DNA from: Nitrosospira multiformis ATCC 25196
GTDB taxonomy: Bacteria; Pseudomonadota; Gammaproteobacteria; Burkholderiales; Nitrosomonadaceae
Direction of reading: 5' to 3'
DNA length: 32,000 nucleotides
NCBI RefSeq assembly: GCF_000196355.1
Contig: NC_007614.1
Location: 2,640,001-2,672,000 of the forward strand
A program made the position numbers and the translations under genes. The number at the start of each line of letters is the position of its first letter. Positions within the stretch are counted from its first letter, which is position 1. The notes beneath the pieces were generated by a model that was not told the DNA's origin, did not search any database, and saw nothing but the letters and a program-made list of their open reading frames with translations. Below, piece by piece: positions 20,638-30,155 of this stretch.

Positions 20638-22518
20638 CTATTTCTCGAGGCTTTCACTCCTGACCGATACATCATACCTTTTCTTGATTCCATCCAGATA
20701 GGATGAAAACTCTTCCTGGGCGAACAACTGGCTCAGTTGACCTGCAAAAGTTTTTCGCTCCTCTGCGCTGGGCGGCCGTGACTCGATGACCCGGTCAACG
20801 CGAATCAGGGTAAAACCACCTTGGGCATTCGGCAGGCCTGAATAGGCCGGGAGATGATTTGTTTCAGCCCTGAAAATCGCCTGCACCGTCTCATTGTCAA
20901 AACCCTGGCGCTCCCTTCTGGAAACCTGCTGGCCGGGAGTCCATTTGATTGGGGCAGTCTTTCCCTGCTGCAGTTGCGCAAGCTGCTCCTTCCCTTCATT
21001 TATCGCCGCTCTGGAAGCCTCCTCCCGGGCGACCAACGCCGCGATTTTATCCCTCAATTCATCCACAGAAGGAGTAGCGGCCGGTTTGTAGTCCACCACT
21101 CTGGCCGAAACAAGCGTGTTGGAAGAAACTTCGATCGCCTCCGTGTTGCGTTTATCCTTGATCGCGTCTTCCGAAAATATTGCCTGAAGCAACCGTGCAT
21201 TGTTGAGATAAGGTGGCTCATCCGAGTTCATCCGAATCCAGCCGCTCTCCTGTATGGTCAAGCCAAGACTTTCCGCGACCGGTTTCAGGCTATCGCTCTG
21301 CTCATACACCATGTTACTGAAGCTGTCCGCCATTTCACCAAACGTCTTTGCAGCTTTCTGTTTCCTGACTTCCTGTTCAACCTGCTTCTTCACTTCCTCG
21401 AGACTCGCCTGCTTTCCGCCTCTTGCCTCCGCGAGCAGGATGATATGAAATCCATGCTCAGTCTCCACGATATCGCTGATTTCACCCGGCTTCATCCGGA
21501 AAACCGCGTCTTCAAATGACTTCGTCATCATGTTGCGCGCGAAGAAACCGAGATCTCCCCCGGTCGGCGCCGAGCCCGGATCCTGGGAATGCTGTTTCGC
21601 CAATTCCGTAAAACGCTGCGGGGATTTTCTGACTTCGGCCAGCAGTTCCTCAGCTTTGGCGCGCGCTGTCGCGCGATCGGAAGCGGAGGCAGGGGCGCTT
21701 ATGAGGATATGACTCGCGCGGCGTTCTTCGGGTTGTCCGAATTCGTGCTTGTGCTCCTCGTAATAGGCCAGCGCTTCATCCGCAGTTACCTGCGCCTTCT
21801 CGGCCAGCGCATCCATCGATAACACTACATACTCGACCCGCGCCTGCTCCGGCACCTGGAATTCAGCCTTATGCGCCTCATAGTAGGCTCTGATGGCGTC
21901 ATTACCCGGTTTGACATTCGCCAGAAACTGCTCCGGTTGGATTTGAACAACCCTCACTTCACGCTTTTCGTCACCCAGGCGCAGGATTCTTTCCGCCACT
22001 GAATGGGAAATAAACGCATTTTTGGAGAAAGGATCAACCAGTTGCTGTCGCATTAAATCCTGACGCAGGCGTGCTTCAAAAGCACGCGCGTTCATTCCCT
22101 GGTTCCGCAGCCATTCTTCATAGCGCTGCTTCGAAAAATTTCCGTCTTCCTGAAATAAATCGATGTTCTGGATCATCTCGATCAGCTGGGCGTCGGCTAC
22201 CCCTAGTCCAACGCGAGATGCCTCCTGCCGCAGCAAGCGCTGCTGGATCAGTCCTTCCAGGATGGCCGCTCTCACTTCGGGCTTTTCCAGCAGCGCCGGG
22301 CTGAAATTCTCTCCCAGGGTGGCGCGCATATTCTCCTGCTGGTTGCGCAGCGCCTGCTCAAATTCCTGGCGGGAAATTTTTTCTCCTGCGGCAAGCGCAA
22401 CATGGTCACCTGCATCCGCATTGCGATAGGATTCCACACCCCAGAAAACGAACGGTAACGTGGCAAGTCCCAGGATGATCTGAACGATGCGTCTTTTCTT
22501 GTTGACGAAATCAAACAT
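20638..22518 (-). CDS. ppiD: Periplasmic chaperone / peptidyl-prolyl isomerase PpiD (626 aa)
   Basis: It has an N-terminal membrane anchor (IVQIILGLATLPFVFWGV), a SurA-like N domain and a parvulin domain (ASHILI...GGDLGFF...HGFHII). It occupies the same position relative to hupB as in E. coli. Confidence 0.88.
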   Translation of the reverse strand: MFDFVNKKRRIVQIILGLATLPFVFWGVESYRNADAGDHVALAAGEKISRQEFEQALRNQQENMRATLGENFSPALLEKPEVRAAILEGLIQQRLLRQEASRVGLGVADAQLIEMIQNIDLFQEDGNFSKQRYEEWLRNQGMNARAFEARLRQDLMRQQLVDPFSKNAFISHSVAERILRLGDEKREVRVVQIQPEQFLANVKPGNDAIRAYYEAHKAEFQVPEQARVEYVVLSMDALAEKAQVTADEALAYYEEHKHEFGQPEERRASHILISAPASASDRATARAKAEELLAEVRKSPQRFTELAKQHSQDPGSAPTGGDLGFFARNMMTKSFEDAVFRMKPGEISDIVETEHGFHIILLAEARGGKQASLEEVKKQVEQEVRKQKAAKTFGEMADSFSNMVYEQSDSLKPVAESLGLTIQESGWIRMNSDEPPYLNNARLLQAIFSEDAIKDKRNTEAIEVSSNTLVSARVVDYKPAATPSVDELRDKIAALVAREEASRAAINEGKEQLAQLQQGKTAPIKWTPGQQVSRRERQGFDNETVQAIFRAETNHLPAYSGLPNAQGGFTLIRVDRVIESRPPSAEERKTFAGQLSQLFAQEEFSSYLDGIKKRYDVSVRSESLEK

Positions 22519-22534
22519 GGAATGACGGAAAACG

Positions 22535-22561
22535 AATAAAAAAGGCGAACTCGCGTTCGCC
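22535..22561 (-). terminator. Rho-independent terminator after tRNA-Asp
   Basis: The minus-strand RNA is GGCGAAC-gcga-GUUCGCC followed by UUUUUUAUU. The stems are at 22544..22550 and 22555..22561, and the A-run on the plus strand is at 22538..22543. Confidence 0.8.
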
Positions 22562-22577
22562 CTGATGGAAACAGATA

Positions 22578-22654
22578 TGGCGGAGTGGACGGGACTCGAA
22601 CCCGCGACCCCCGGCGTGACAGGCCGGTATTCTAACCAACTGAACTACCACTCC
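22578..22654 (-). tRNA. tRNA-Asp (anticodon GUC)
   Basis: The reverse complement is GGAGTGGTAGTTCAGTTGGTTAGAATACCGGCCTGTCACGCCGGGGGTCGCGGGTTCGAGTCCCGTCCACTCCGCCA. It folds as a cloverleaf with the anticodon loop CTGTCAC, and the CCA is encoded. Confidence 0.95.
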
Positions 22655-22666
22655 AATAAATCTAAC

Positions 22667-22742
22667 TGGTGGGTGCTGACGGGGTCGAACCGCCGACATT
22701 CGCCTTGTAAGGGCGACGCTCTACCAACTGAGCTAAGCACCC
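22667..22742 (-). tRNA. tRNA-Val (anticodon UAC)
   Basis: The reverse complement is GGGTGCTTAGCTCAGTTGGTAGAGCGTCGCCCTTACAAGGCGAATGTCGGCGGTTCGACCCCGTCAGCACCCACCA. The anticodon loop is CTTACAA, and the CCA is encoded. Confidence 0.95.
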
Positions 22743-22756
22743 CCGCCGATAAGCCG

Positions 22757-23029
22757 CTAGTTTACTGCATCCTTGAGCGCCTTGCCAGCAATGAATTTAG
22801 GAACCTTGGTAGATTCGATGGTGATAGCAGCGCCTGTACGGGGGTTGCGGCCGGTGCGGGCGGCACGTGTGCCTACCTTGAACGTTCCAAATCCCACCAG
22901 TGTTACACTTTGCCCTTTCTTGAGAGCGGCTTTGATCGCTTCCAGCGCACCGTCCAGCGCATTTCCCGCCGAAGCTTTGGAAATGTCCGATGATTTCGCG
23001 ATGGCATCGATGAGTTCAGCTTTATTCAC
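22757..23029 (-). CDS. hupB: DNA-binding protein HU (90 aa)
   Basis: The sequence [11 protein letters not shown]...[50 protein letters not shown] is unmistakably HU. The start is GTG, with AAAGGGGA upstream. Confidence 0.95.
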   Translation of the reverse strand: MNKAELIDAIAKSSDISKASAGNALDGALEAIKAALKKGQSVTLVGFGTFKVGTRAARTGRNPRTGAAITIESTKVPKFIAGKALKDAVN

Positions 23030-23077
23030 GTGATTCCCCTTTCATTATTGTTAAGAGAGTAAAAACCCTGCAAACGT

Positions 23078-23106
23078 TTTATATCAAGCGGCTTGTGCCT
23101 GGTCAA
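23078..23106 (-). promoter_or_regulatory. Candidate sigma-70 promoter of hupB (TTGACC-N17-TATAAA)
   Basis: The minus strand reads ggcTTGACCaggcacaagccgcttgaTATAAAacg. The -35 is at 23101..23106 and the -10 at 23078..23083, about 45 nt upstream of the hupB start. Confidence 0.55.
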
Positions 23107-23192
23107 GCCATTGTCAAAATATTTCCACTTCGCTTTATAAGACCCTTGCAAGCCATTACTCCCCATCACTCTGTACGGAGTCTTTGACGAAC

Positions 23193-25604
23193 CTAGTGCT
23201 TGATGACCGCCGGCGTCACATCGCCTTCCACCGCAACAGGAGAGGGAACGGATGAAGGAGCGGCCGGAAGCGGTTCCGGTTTGGATTCCAGGGCCAGATC
23301 CAGCACCTGATCTATCCATTTGACCGGATGAATATCCAGCTTGTTTTTGATATTCTCCGGGATTTCGTTCAGATCCTTAACGTTATCCTCGGGAATCAGC
23401 ACAGTCTTTATGCCGCCGCGATGCGCGGCGAGCAGTTTTTCCTTGAGTCCGCCAATCGCCAGCACCTCACCGCGAAGTGTGATCTCACCGGTCATCGCGA
23501 CAGTTGCGCGGGCCGGAATGTTGGTCAACGCCGACACCATCGCCACGCAGATACCTATACCGGCACTGGGACCGTCTTTCGGGGTCGCACCCTCCGGCAG
23601 ATGGATATGGATGTCGTTCTTCTGGTAAAAATCATCCGCGATACCCAGAGCCCTTGAGCGGCTGCGAACCACCGACAGGGCAGCCTGGACAGATTCCTGC
23701 ATGACCTCGCCCAGTTTGCCGGTCGTGATGGATTTACCCTTACCCGGCAATACGACGGCCTCGATCGTCAGCAATTCCCCCCCGACCTCGGTCCAGGCGA
23801 GGCCCGTCACTTGGCCGATCTGGTTCTTTTCCTCCGCGACACCGTAGGTATAGCGCCTTACACCGAGATATTTGTCCAGGTTCCTCCCGGTGACGGTAAT
23901 CCGTTTCTGCCCGCCTTTCAGCAGCAACGCCTTGACCACTTTACGGCATATTTTGGAAATTTCCCGCTCCATCGCCCGCACGCCCGCTTCACGGGTGTAA
24001 TAGCGCGTGATATCCCGCAGGGCTGACTCCGAGACGGTCAGTTCATTTTCCTTCAAACCGTGATTTTTCATCTGTTTCGGCAACAGATAGCGTGTCGCGA
24101 TGTTGAGTTTTTCATCCTCGGTATAGCCGGACAGCCGGATCACTTCCATGCGATCCAGCAGCGGCGCAGGGATGTTCAACGTATTCGCAGTCGCGACGAA
24201 CATGACGTCCGACAGATCGTACTCAACCTCGACATAGTGATCGACGAACGAATTATTCTGCTCGGGATCCAGCACTTCCAGGAGCGCAGAGGACGGATCA
24301 CCCCGAAAATCCATGCCCATCTTGTCCACCTCGTCCAGCAGGAACAAGGGGTTCTTCACACCCACTTTCGCCATGTTCTGCAGAATCTTGCCAGGCATGG
24401 AACCGATATAGGTGCGGCGATGACCACGTACCTCTGCTTCATCCCTGACGCCGCCGAGCGACATGCGGACGAACTTCCGGTTGGTAGCCCGGGCGATCGA
24501 TTGCCCCAATGAAGTCTTCCCTACCCCGGGCGGCCCCACCAGGCAGAGGATGGGCGCTTTCAACTTATCCACGCGCTGCTGTACCGCCAGATACTCGACA
24601 ATCCGTTCCTTGACTTTTTCCAGGCCGTAGTGATCCTGCTCGAGCACGGCTTCCGCAACGCTGAGGTCTTTGCTTATCTTGCTTTTCTTCTTCCATGGCA
24701 GGGCCACCAGCGCATCAATATAATTACGCACGACAGTGGCTTCTGCCGACATGGGCGACATCAACCGCAGTTTTTTCAACTCCGATTCCGCCTTGGCACG
24801 CGCCTCCTTGGACATCTGGGCGTTTTTGATCTTCTTGTCCATCTCTTCCAGATCAGCGCCTTCCTCGCCTTCACCCAATTCCTTCTGGATGGCCTTCACC
24901 TGCTCATTGAGATAGTAATCCCGCTGGCTTTTTTCCATCTGCCGCTTTACACGACCACGAATACGCTTTTCCACCTGAAGTATGTCAAGCTCGGTTTCCA
25001 GCAGACCAAGCAGGTGTTCCAGGCGCTTCGGCACGTCGAAAATTTCCAGCACTTCCTGCTTCTGCTCAAGCTTCAAGGGCAGGTGTGCGGCGATGGTATC
25101 AGCCAGACGACCTGCTTCGTCTATGCCGCTGAGCGAAGTCAGGATCTCCGGGGGAATCTTCTTGTTCAGCTTCACGTACTGGTCGAACTGGGCCAGCATG
25201 GCGCGGCGCATCGCCTCCACCTCATGGTTGTCCACGGCATCGGGCGGCAGCAATGCTGCGTCGCCGGCGAAGTACGTACCGTCGTCAACCACTTTCACGA
25301 TGCGAGCGCGGCGACCGCCTTCCACCAATACTTTCACGGTACCGTCTGGCAGCTTGAGCATTTGCAGCAGGTTTGCAACGCTGCATACCCCGTACAAATC
25401 TTCGGGAGCCGGCTCGTCCTTGGCAGCAAATTTCTGCGCCACAAGCAAAATGCTCTTGCCGGACTCCATCGCTATTTCCAGTGCCTTGATGGACTTGGGC
25501 CGGCCGACAAACAGGGGAATCACCATGTGCGGAAAAACCACCACATCGCGCAATGGCAACAAAGGTAATGAAATCTGATTTTGATCGTTCATGGGAGAGG
25601 ACAT
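23193..25604 (-). CDS. lon: ATP-dependent Lon protease (803 aa)
   Basis: It has the LON N-domain (LPLLPLRDVVVFPHMVIPLFVGR), the AAA+ Walker A (GPPGVGKTSLGQSIA) and the protease motif PKDGPSAGI. The SD TAGGTGAG lies upstream of the ATG. Confidence 0.96.
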   Translation of the reverse strand: MSSPMNDQNQISLPLLPLRDVVVFPHMVIPLFVGRPKSIKALEIAMESGKSILLVAQKFAAKDEPAPEDLYGVCSVANLLQMLKLPDGTVKVLVEGGRRARIVKVVDDGTYFAGDAALLPPDAVDNHEVEAMRRAMLAQFDQYVKLNKKIPPEILTSLSGIDEAGRLADTIAAHLPLKLEQKQEVLEIFDVPKRLEHLLGLLETELDILQVEKRIRGRVKRQMEKSQRDYYLNEQVKAIQKELGEGEEGADLEEMDKKIKNAQMSKEARAKAESELKKLRLMSPMSAEATVVRNYIDALVALPWKKKSKISKDLSVAEAVLEQDHYGLEKVKERIVEYLAVQQRVDKLKAPILCLVGPPGVGKTSLGQSIARATNRKFVRMSLGGVRDEAEVRGHRRTYIGSMPGKILQNMAKVGVKNPLFLLDEVDKMGMDFRGDPSSALLEVLDPEQNNSFVDHYVEVEYDLSDVMFVATANTLNIPAPLLDRMEVIRLSGYTEDEKLNIATRYLLPKQMKNHGLKENELTVSESALRDITRYYTREAGVRAMEREISKICRKVVKALLLKGGQKRITVTGRNLDKYLGVRRYTYGVAEEKNQIGQVTGLAWTEVGGELLTIEAVVLPGKGKSITTGKLGEVMQESVQAALSVVRSRSRALGIADDFYQKNDIHIHLPEGATPKDGPSAGIGICVAMVSALTNIPARATVAMTGEITLRGEVLAIGGLKEKLLAAHRGGIKTVLIPEDNVKDLNEIPENIKNKLDIHPVKWIDQVLDLALESKPEPLPAAPSSVPSPVAVEGDVTPAVIKH

Positions 25605-25635
25605 ATCGGCTCACCTATAAAGAAACAAACAATAG

Positions 25636-25663
25636 TTATGGGGGCGCCGTAAAGAAATTCAAG
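25636..25663 (-). promoter_or_regulatory. Candidate sigma-32 (heat-shock) promoter of lon
   Basis: The minus strand reads gcCTTGAAtttctttacggcgCCCCCATAAct, i.e. CTTGAA-N13-CCCCATAA. This closely matches the sigma-32 consensus (CTTGAA-N13-14-CCCCATnT). It lies about 30 nt upstream of the lon ATG. Confidence 0.65.
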
Positions 25664-25697
25664 GCAACGACGGCAATGTCGAAACATGAAACCCGGA

Positions 25698-26975
25698 CTA
25701 GCAGCTCTTCGCCACTTTCGGTTTGTCCGAATAGATCAGAATGGGTTTGATATCCCCATTGACAGAAGTGTGGTCAATTACCACTTTGGCAACATTCTCC
25801 AGTGATGGCAGATCAAACATCGTATCGAGCAGCGCAGCTTCAAGAATGGAACGTAAACCTCGCGCACCGGTCTTTCGCACCAGCGCCTTGCGGGCAATCG
25901 CTTTAAGCGCCTGCTCCCGGAATTCGAGATCGATGCCCCCTTCCATGTGAAACATTTTCTGATACTGCTTGATGAGCGCATTCCTGGGTTCGGTCAGGAT
26001 TTGAATCAACGCGGCCTCGTCAAGTTCCTCAAGGGTTGCAACAACAGGTAATCGGCCGACGAATTCCGGAATCAGGCCATACTTCACCAGATCCTCGGGC
26101 TCGACCCCGCGCAGTACAGCGCCAAAATCCTTGCGGTTATCCTGGCTTCTTACACTGGCGCTGAAGCCTATCCCGCCCTTCTCAGAGCGGGCGCGTATGA
26201 TTTTCTCCAGGCCATCAAAAGCGCCCCCGCAAATGAAAAGAATATTGGTGGTATCGACTTGCACGAACTCCTGGTTGGGATGCTTTCTCCCCCCCTGCGG
26301 CGGCACGGACGCAACCGTGCCCTCGATCAGCTTGAGCAGTGCCTGCTGTACGCCCTCACCCGAGACATCGCGCGTGATGGATGGATTATCTGACTTGCGC
26401 GAAATCTTGTCGATTTCGTCTATGTAGACAATGCCTTGCTGCGCCTTTTCCGCGTCGTAGTTACATTTCTGCAGCAATTTCTGGATGATGTTTTCAACAT
26501 CCTCGCCGACATAACCCGCCTCGGTCAGGGTGGTCGCATCCGCCATGACAAAAGGCACATCCAGCAAACGTGCCAGCGTCTGGGCAAGCAGCGTCTTGCC
26601 TGAACCCGTGGGGCCAATCAGCAGGATGTTGCTCTTCGCCAGCTCGATCTCATCCGGATCAGCGGATTTTGCAAGCGTTCTCAGACGCTTGTAGTGATTA
26701 TAGACCGCTACCGACAGAATTTTCTTCGCCTGCTCCTGGCCGATCACGTATTGATCCAGGATCTGTCGAATTTCATGGGGGACAGGCAGGTCCGACTTTG
26801 CGAGCTTGGCCGCCTCCACACCCTGTATTTCCTCACGAATGATATCGTTGCACAACTCGATACATTCGTCGCATATGAATACCGAAGGACCGGCGATCAG
26901 CTTCTTTACCTCATGCTGGCTCTTACCACAAAAGGAACAATAAAGCAGTTTTTCTCCGCCAGTTTTCTCTGACAT
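25698..26975 (-). CDS. clpX: ATP-dependent Clp protease ATP-binding subunit ClpX (425 aa; an alternative ATG at 26990 would add 5 aa)
   Basis: The zinc-binding N-terminus is [14 protein letters not shown]...[10 protein letters not shown] and the Walker A is [15 protein letters not shown]. The IGF-loop region is present. The start at 26975 is preferred on SD spacing. Confidence 0.95.
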   Translation of the reverse strand: MSEKTGGEKLLYCSFCGKSQHEVKKLIAGPSVFICDECIELCNDIIREEIQGVEAAKLAKSDLPVPHEIRQILDQYVIGQEQAKKILSVAVYNHYKRLRTLAKSADPDEIELAKSNILLIGPTGSGKTLLAQTLARLLDVPFVMADATTLTEAGYVGEDVENIIQKLLQKCNYDAEKAQQGIVYIDEIDKISRKSDNPSITRDVSGEGVQQALLKLIEGTVASVPPQGGRKHPNQEFVQVDTTNILFICGGAFDGLEKIIRARSEKGGIGFSASVRSQDNRKDFGAVLRGVEPEDLVKYGLIPEFVGRLPVVATLEELDEAALIQILTEPRNALIKQYQKMFHMEGGIDLEFREQALKAIARKALVRKTGARGLRSILEAALLDTMFDLPSLENVAKVVIDHTSVNGDIKPILIYSDKPKVAKSC

Positions 26976-27042
26976 AGTTTTATCCCGCATTATCCGAGCT
27001 GAATGGCTCGTGACTGATTACAAGCTCTCCCGAAGTCAAACT

Positions 27043-27684
27043 TCAACCGGCGCCCTCTCCCCTCGAGGTCAGTACAGCGTCCACCAGGCCGTATTTCACC
27101 GAGTCCTCCGCCCCCAGAAAGTTATCCCGGTCGGTATCTCTTTCAATGGTTTCCATACTCTGACCGGTGTGTTTTGACAGTAGCTCATTCAATCGGTTCT
27201 TCAGATACAGGATTTCCCGGGCGTGAATCTCGATATCGGATGCCTGCCCCTGGAATCCTCCCAGCGGCTGGTGAATCATCACACGGGAGTTGGGCAGGCA
27301 AAACCGCTTCCCTTTCGCTCCGGCTGCCAGAAGCAGCGATCCCATGCTGGCCGCCTGCCCTATGCAAAGCGTGCTGACGTCGGGCTTGATGAATTGCATG
27401 GTATCGTAGACCGCCATTCCCGCGGAAACCAGGCCCCCGGGCGAATTTATGTAAAAATGAATATCCTTGTCCGCATTTTCCGATTCGAGAAACAGGAGTT
27501 GCGCGACAATCAGGTTGGCAGACGCTTCGGTAACAGGTCCCACAAGAAATATGACCCGCTCCCGCAGCAACCGCGAATAAATATCGTATGCGCGCTCGCC
27601 CCGCCCGCTGGTTTCAATCACCATCGGGATCAAACCCAAATCCTGCGGTTCGTGATTACGCTGCTTCCACTCGAATCGTTGCAT
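27043..27684 (-). CDS. clpP: ATP-dependent Clp protease proteolytic subunit ClpP (213 aa)
   Basis: The sequence contains VPMVIE-type [30 protein letters not shown]. The catalytic Ser context is [11 protein letters not shown] and the His context is MIHQPLGG. It starts 2 nt after the tig stop. Confidence 0.95.
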
Positions 27685-27686
27685 GT

Positions 27687-28994
27687 TTATGATCTTCCCA
27701 TCAATTCATCCAGCGGCATCGGCTTGCCAGTAACGACAGCCTTCTCCAGCACCCATGTCACCACGTTATCCTCCAGCGCTGCCGACTCAGCCTCCCTCAG
27801 CCGCTCAGGCGCCGCATAGTGCCAACTGACTACTTCGGCCGGATTCTCGTAGGCTTGCGCGAGATCTTCCACCACTGCACGCACCTGCTCCGGTTTGGGG
27901 TGCAAGTTGTGCATTTTTACCAGTTCCCCCAGAATCAGGCCCAGCTTCACCCGATGTTGCGCCCGCTCCTGGAGCATATCGTGCGGCAGGGAGAAATTCT
28001 TTGTATCCAGGCCGCGTGAAGCAAAATCATTGCGCGCATCCTCCATCAGGCGGTCCAGTTCCATTTCCACCAGCGCTTTGGGAGGATCAATGTTACTGGT
28101 CGTATCGATAAGGACTTGCATTACCTGCTCCTTGAGCCTCGCGTTTACGCGTTTGGCCGCCTCGCGTTCAAGATTCGCCCGGATTTCGCTGCGCATCTTT
28201 TCAACATCGCCCTCGGCAATCCCGAGGGAAGTGGCAAAATCAGCATTCACTTCCGGCAGTTTCGAAGATTCCACGCCGCTGAGCTTCACTTCAAATACGG
28301 CCGTTTTCCCTGCGACCTCCTTTCCATGATAGTCTGATGGAAAGGCAACTTCAAATGTTTTGCTCTGACCCGGACTCATGCCGAGCAGCGGTTCTTCGAA
28401 ATCCTTGAGAAGCCTTCCTTCGCCCAGCACCAGACTGAAATTTTCAGCTTTGCCACCCGCAAACTCGGCACCGTCAATCAAGCCACGATAGTCGATATTG
28501 ATTCGGTCGCCCGCCTGTGCCGGACGGTCCACAGGTTCAAACTCAACCCGCTGCTTGCGCAACACCTCGAGGGTTTTATCCACATCGGCAGGAGTAACCT
28601 CGACTACCGGACGTTCAATATGCGCGCCGCCAAGATCCCCAAGCGTGATATCCGGATAGACTTCGAAGGTCGCACTGAATTCAACCTGAGCAGTATCGCT
28701 TTCTGCCAGCTTGGGTTCGAAGCGCGGATAGCCCGCTACCCGCAGGTTATTCTCGCGCACGGCCTCGCTGAAATTCTTTTTCAGCACGTCTTCCATGACT
28801 TCCTGGCGAACCTGCGGACCATATTGCTGTGCGACAATTTTCAAGGGTACCTTGCCCGGCCGAAATCCGTGAAATTTTGCTGTTCGCGCCAGTCGCTTCA
28901 AGCGGCTCTCGACTTCCGTTTCGATTTTCTCCTGGGGAACTGAAACGTTAAGGCGGCGCTCGAGCGCACCAAGGTTTTCAACATTTGTCTGCAT
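27687..28994 (-). CDS. tig: Trigger factor (435 aa)
   Basis: The N-terminal ribosome-binding signature is GFRPGKVP. A central FKBP-type domain is present, and both length and position (upstream of clpPX) are typical. Confidence 0.94.
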
Positions 28995-29089
28995 TAAATT
29001 TCCTGAGGATTGACAATATTATTTATCATGAAGGGGCCAGGGAAACCCGCTAGCGTTCATCACGCATTGCTCAGACCTGTTCACATCCC

Positions 29090-29174
<85 letters not shown>

Positions 29175-29200
29175 AGGCTTTTCATTCCGAACTGGACACA

Positions 29201-29206
29201 ATTATA
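29201..29206 (-). promoter_or_regulatory. Possible -10 hexamer (TATAAT) for tRNA-Leu/tig transcription
   Basis: A perfect TATAAT on the minus strand ends 27 nt upstream of the mature tRNA-Leu 5' end. No convincing -35 is present. Confidence 0.3.
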
Positions 29207-29289
29207 CCCGTTTCTCCCTCCGACAGCAGCCATGCGCCTCGGGCAAGTTTGGCGGCATGGAGGACAGCGTCGCGACGGGCAGTAACACC

Positions 29290-30036
29290 CTAGCAGAATA
29301 TCGTTTGGCCACTGACCGCTTTGCTGTCAGGACCCATGAGATACAAATAGCAGGACATCAGCTCCTGCGGCTGGCTCAAACTCTGCTTGACTTCACCCGG
29401 GTGCGTTCTGGTTCGCTGGGGCGTATGCACAGGCCCTGGAATCAAGGTATTGATACGCAGAGTGGGAAGGATTTCCCACTCCTGCGCCTGGATCTTGACC
29501 AGCGCCTCCACTCCTGCCTTGGCTACCGCGAAACCACCCCAGTAGGCGGCGGGAACATGTCCGTGCGCATCGGATGTCATAATGACGCTTGCATCGGGGG
29601 AAGCTTTCAGCAGCGGAAGGCAGGCGCGGGTCAAGGCAAACGGCGCAATGAGGTTGACGCGCAGCAAGGCGAGCCATTCTTCCAGCGTCTGCGTCTCCAG
29701 CGGTGTCAGGTTGAATAATAACGCCGCATTATGCAGAATGCCATCCAGCCTGCCTAACTGCAATTTAATGGCATGGGCAATAGCGGCAAAATCCTTGTCC
29801 CCCGCTTTTTCCAGATCCAGCGGAAAAATTGACGGCTGAGCCCCGCCTCCTGCCTCGATTTCGTCATAGACGCTTTCCAGTTTCTTCACGTTCCGACCGT
29901 GCAAGATAACCGTGGCGCCATGGGCAGCATATGTCAACGCGGCCGTTCGACCGATACCCTGACCCGCGCCGGTAACCAGGATCACACGATCCTTGAGCAG
30001 GTCGTTCGGTGCAATGTAGTTTTTCAAATCGTTCAT
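29290..30036 (-). CDS. Short-chain dehydrogenase/reductase family protein, YciK-like (248 aa), lacking a YxxxK motif
   Basis: The Rossmann motif is RVILVTGAGQGIGRTAALTYA, followed by LDGILHNAALL. In the region expected to carry S...YxxxK the sequence is TSDAHGHVPAAYWGGFAVAKAG. Confidence 0.85.
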   Translation of the reverse strand: MNDLKNYIAPNDLLKDRVILVTGAGQGIGRTAALTYAAHGATVILHGRNVKKLESVYDEIEAGGGAQPSIFPLDLEKAGDKDFAAIAHAIKLQLGRLDGILHNAALLFNLTPLETQTLEEWLALLRVNLIAPFALTRACLPLLKASPDASVIMTSDAHGHVPAAYWGGFAVAKAGVEALVKIQAQEWEILPTLRINTLIPGPVHTPQRTRTHPGEVKQSLSQPQELMSCYLYLMGPDSKAVSGQTIFC

Positions 30037-30039
30037 AGA

Positions 30040-30067
30040 AGATACTTACGGCTAGATACTTACGGCT
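30040..30067. repeat. Perfect tandem duplication of a 14-bp unit (AGATACTTACGGCT x2)
   Basis: Positions 30040..30053 and 30054..30067 are identical. The repeat ends 3 nt upstream of the SDR start codon. Confidence 0.9.
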
Positions 30068-30155
30068 GGAAACAAATTCCGTTAAGAGGTTGCTCCCGGT
30101 TTACAGCGATGAAGGCTCCATGGAAAGTGCCTTTGGGTAGCGCGGGAATAACGCT

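Noticed and set aside
22511-22993. ORFs 22511..22699 (minus) and 22565..22993 (plus) covering the tRNA genes and hupB antisense.
   Set aside because: The region is fully explained by two canonical tRNAs and hupB, so the ORFs are incidental.
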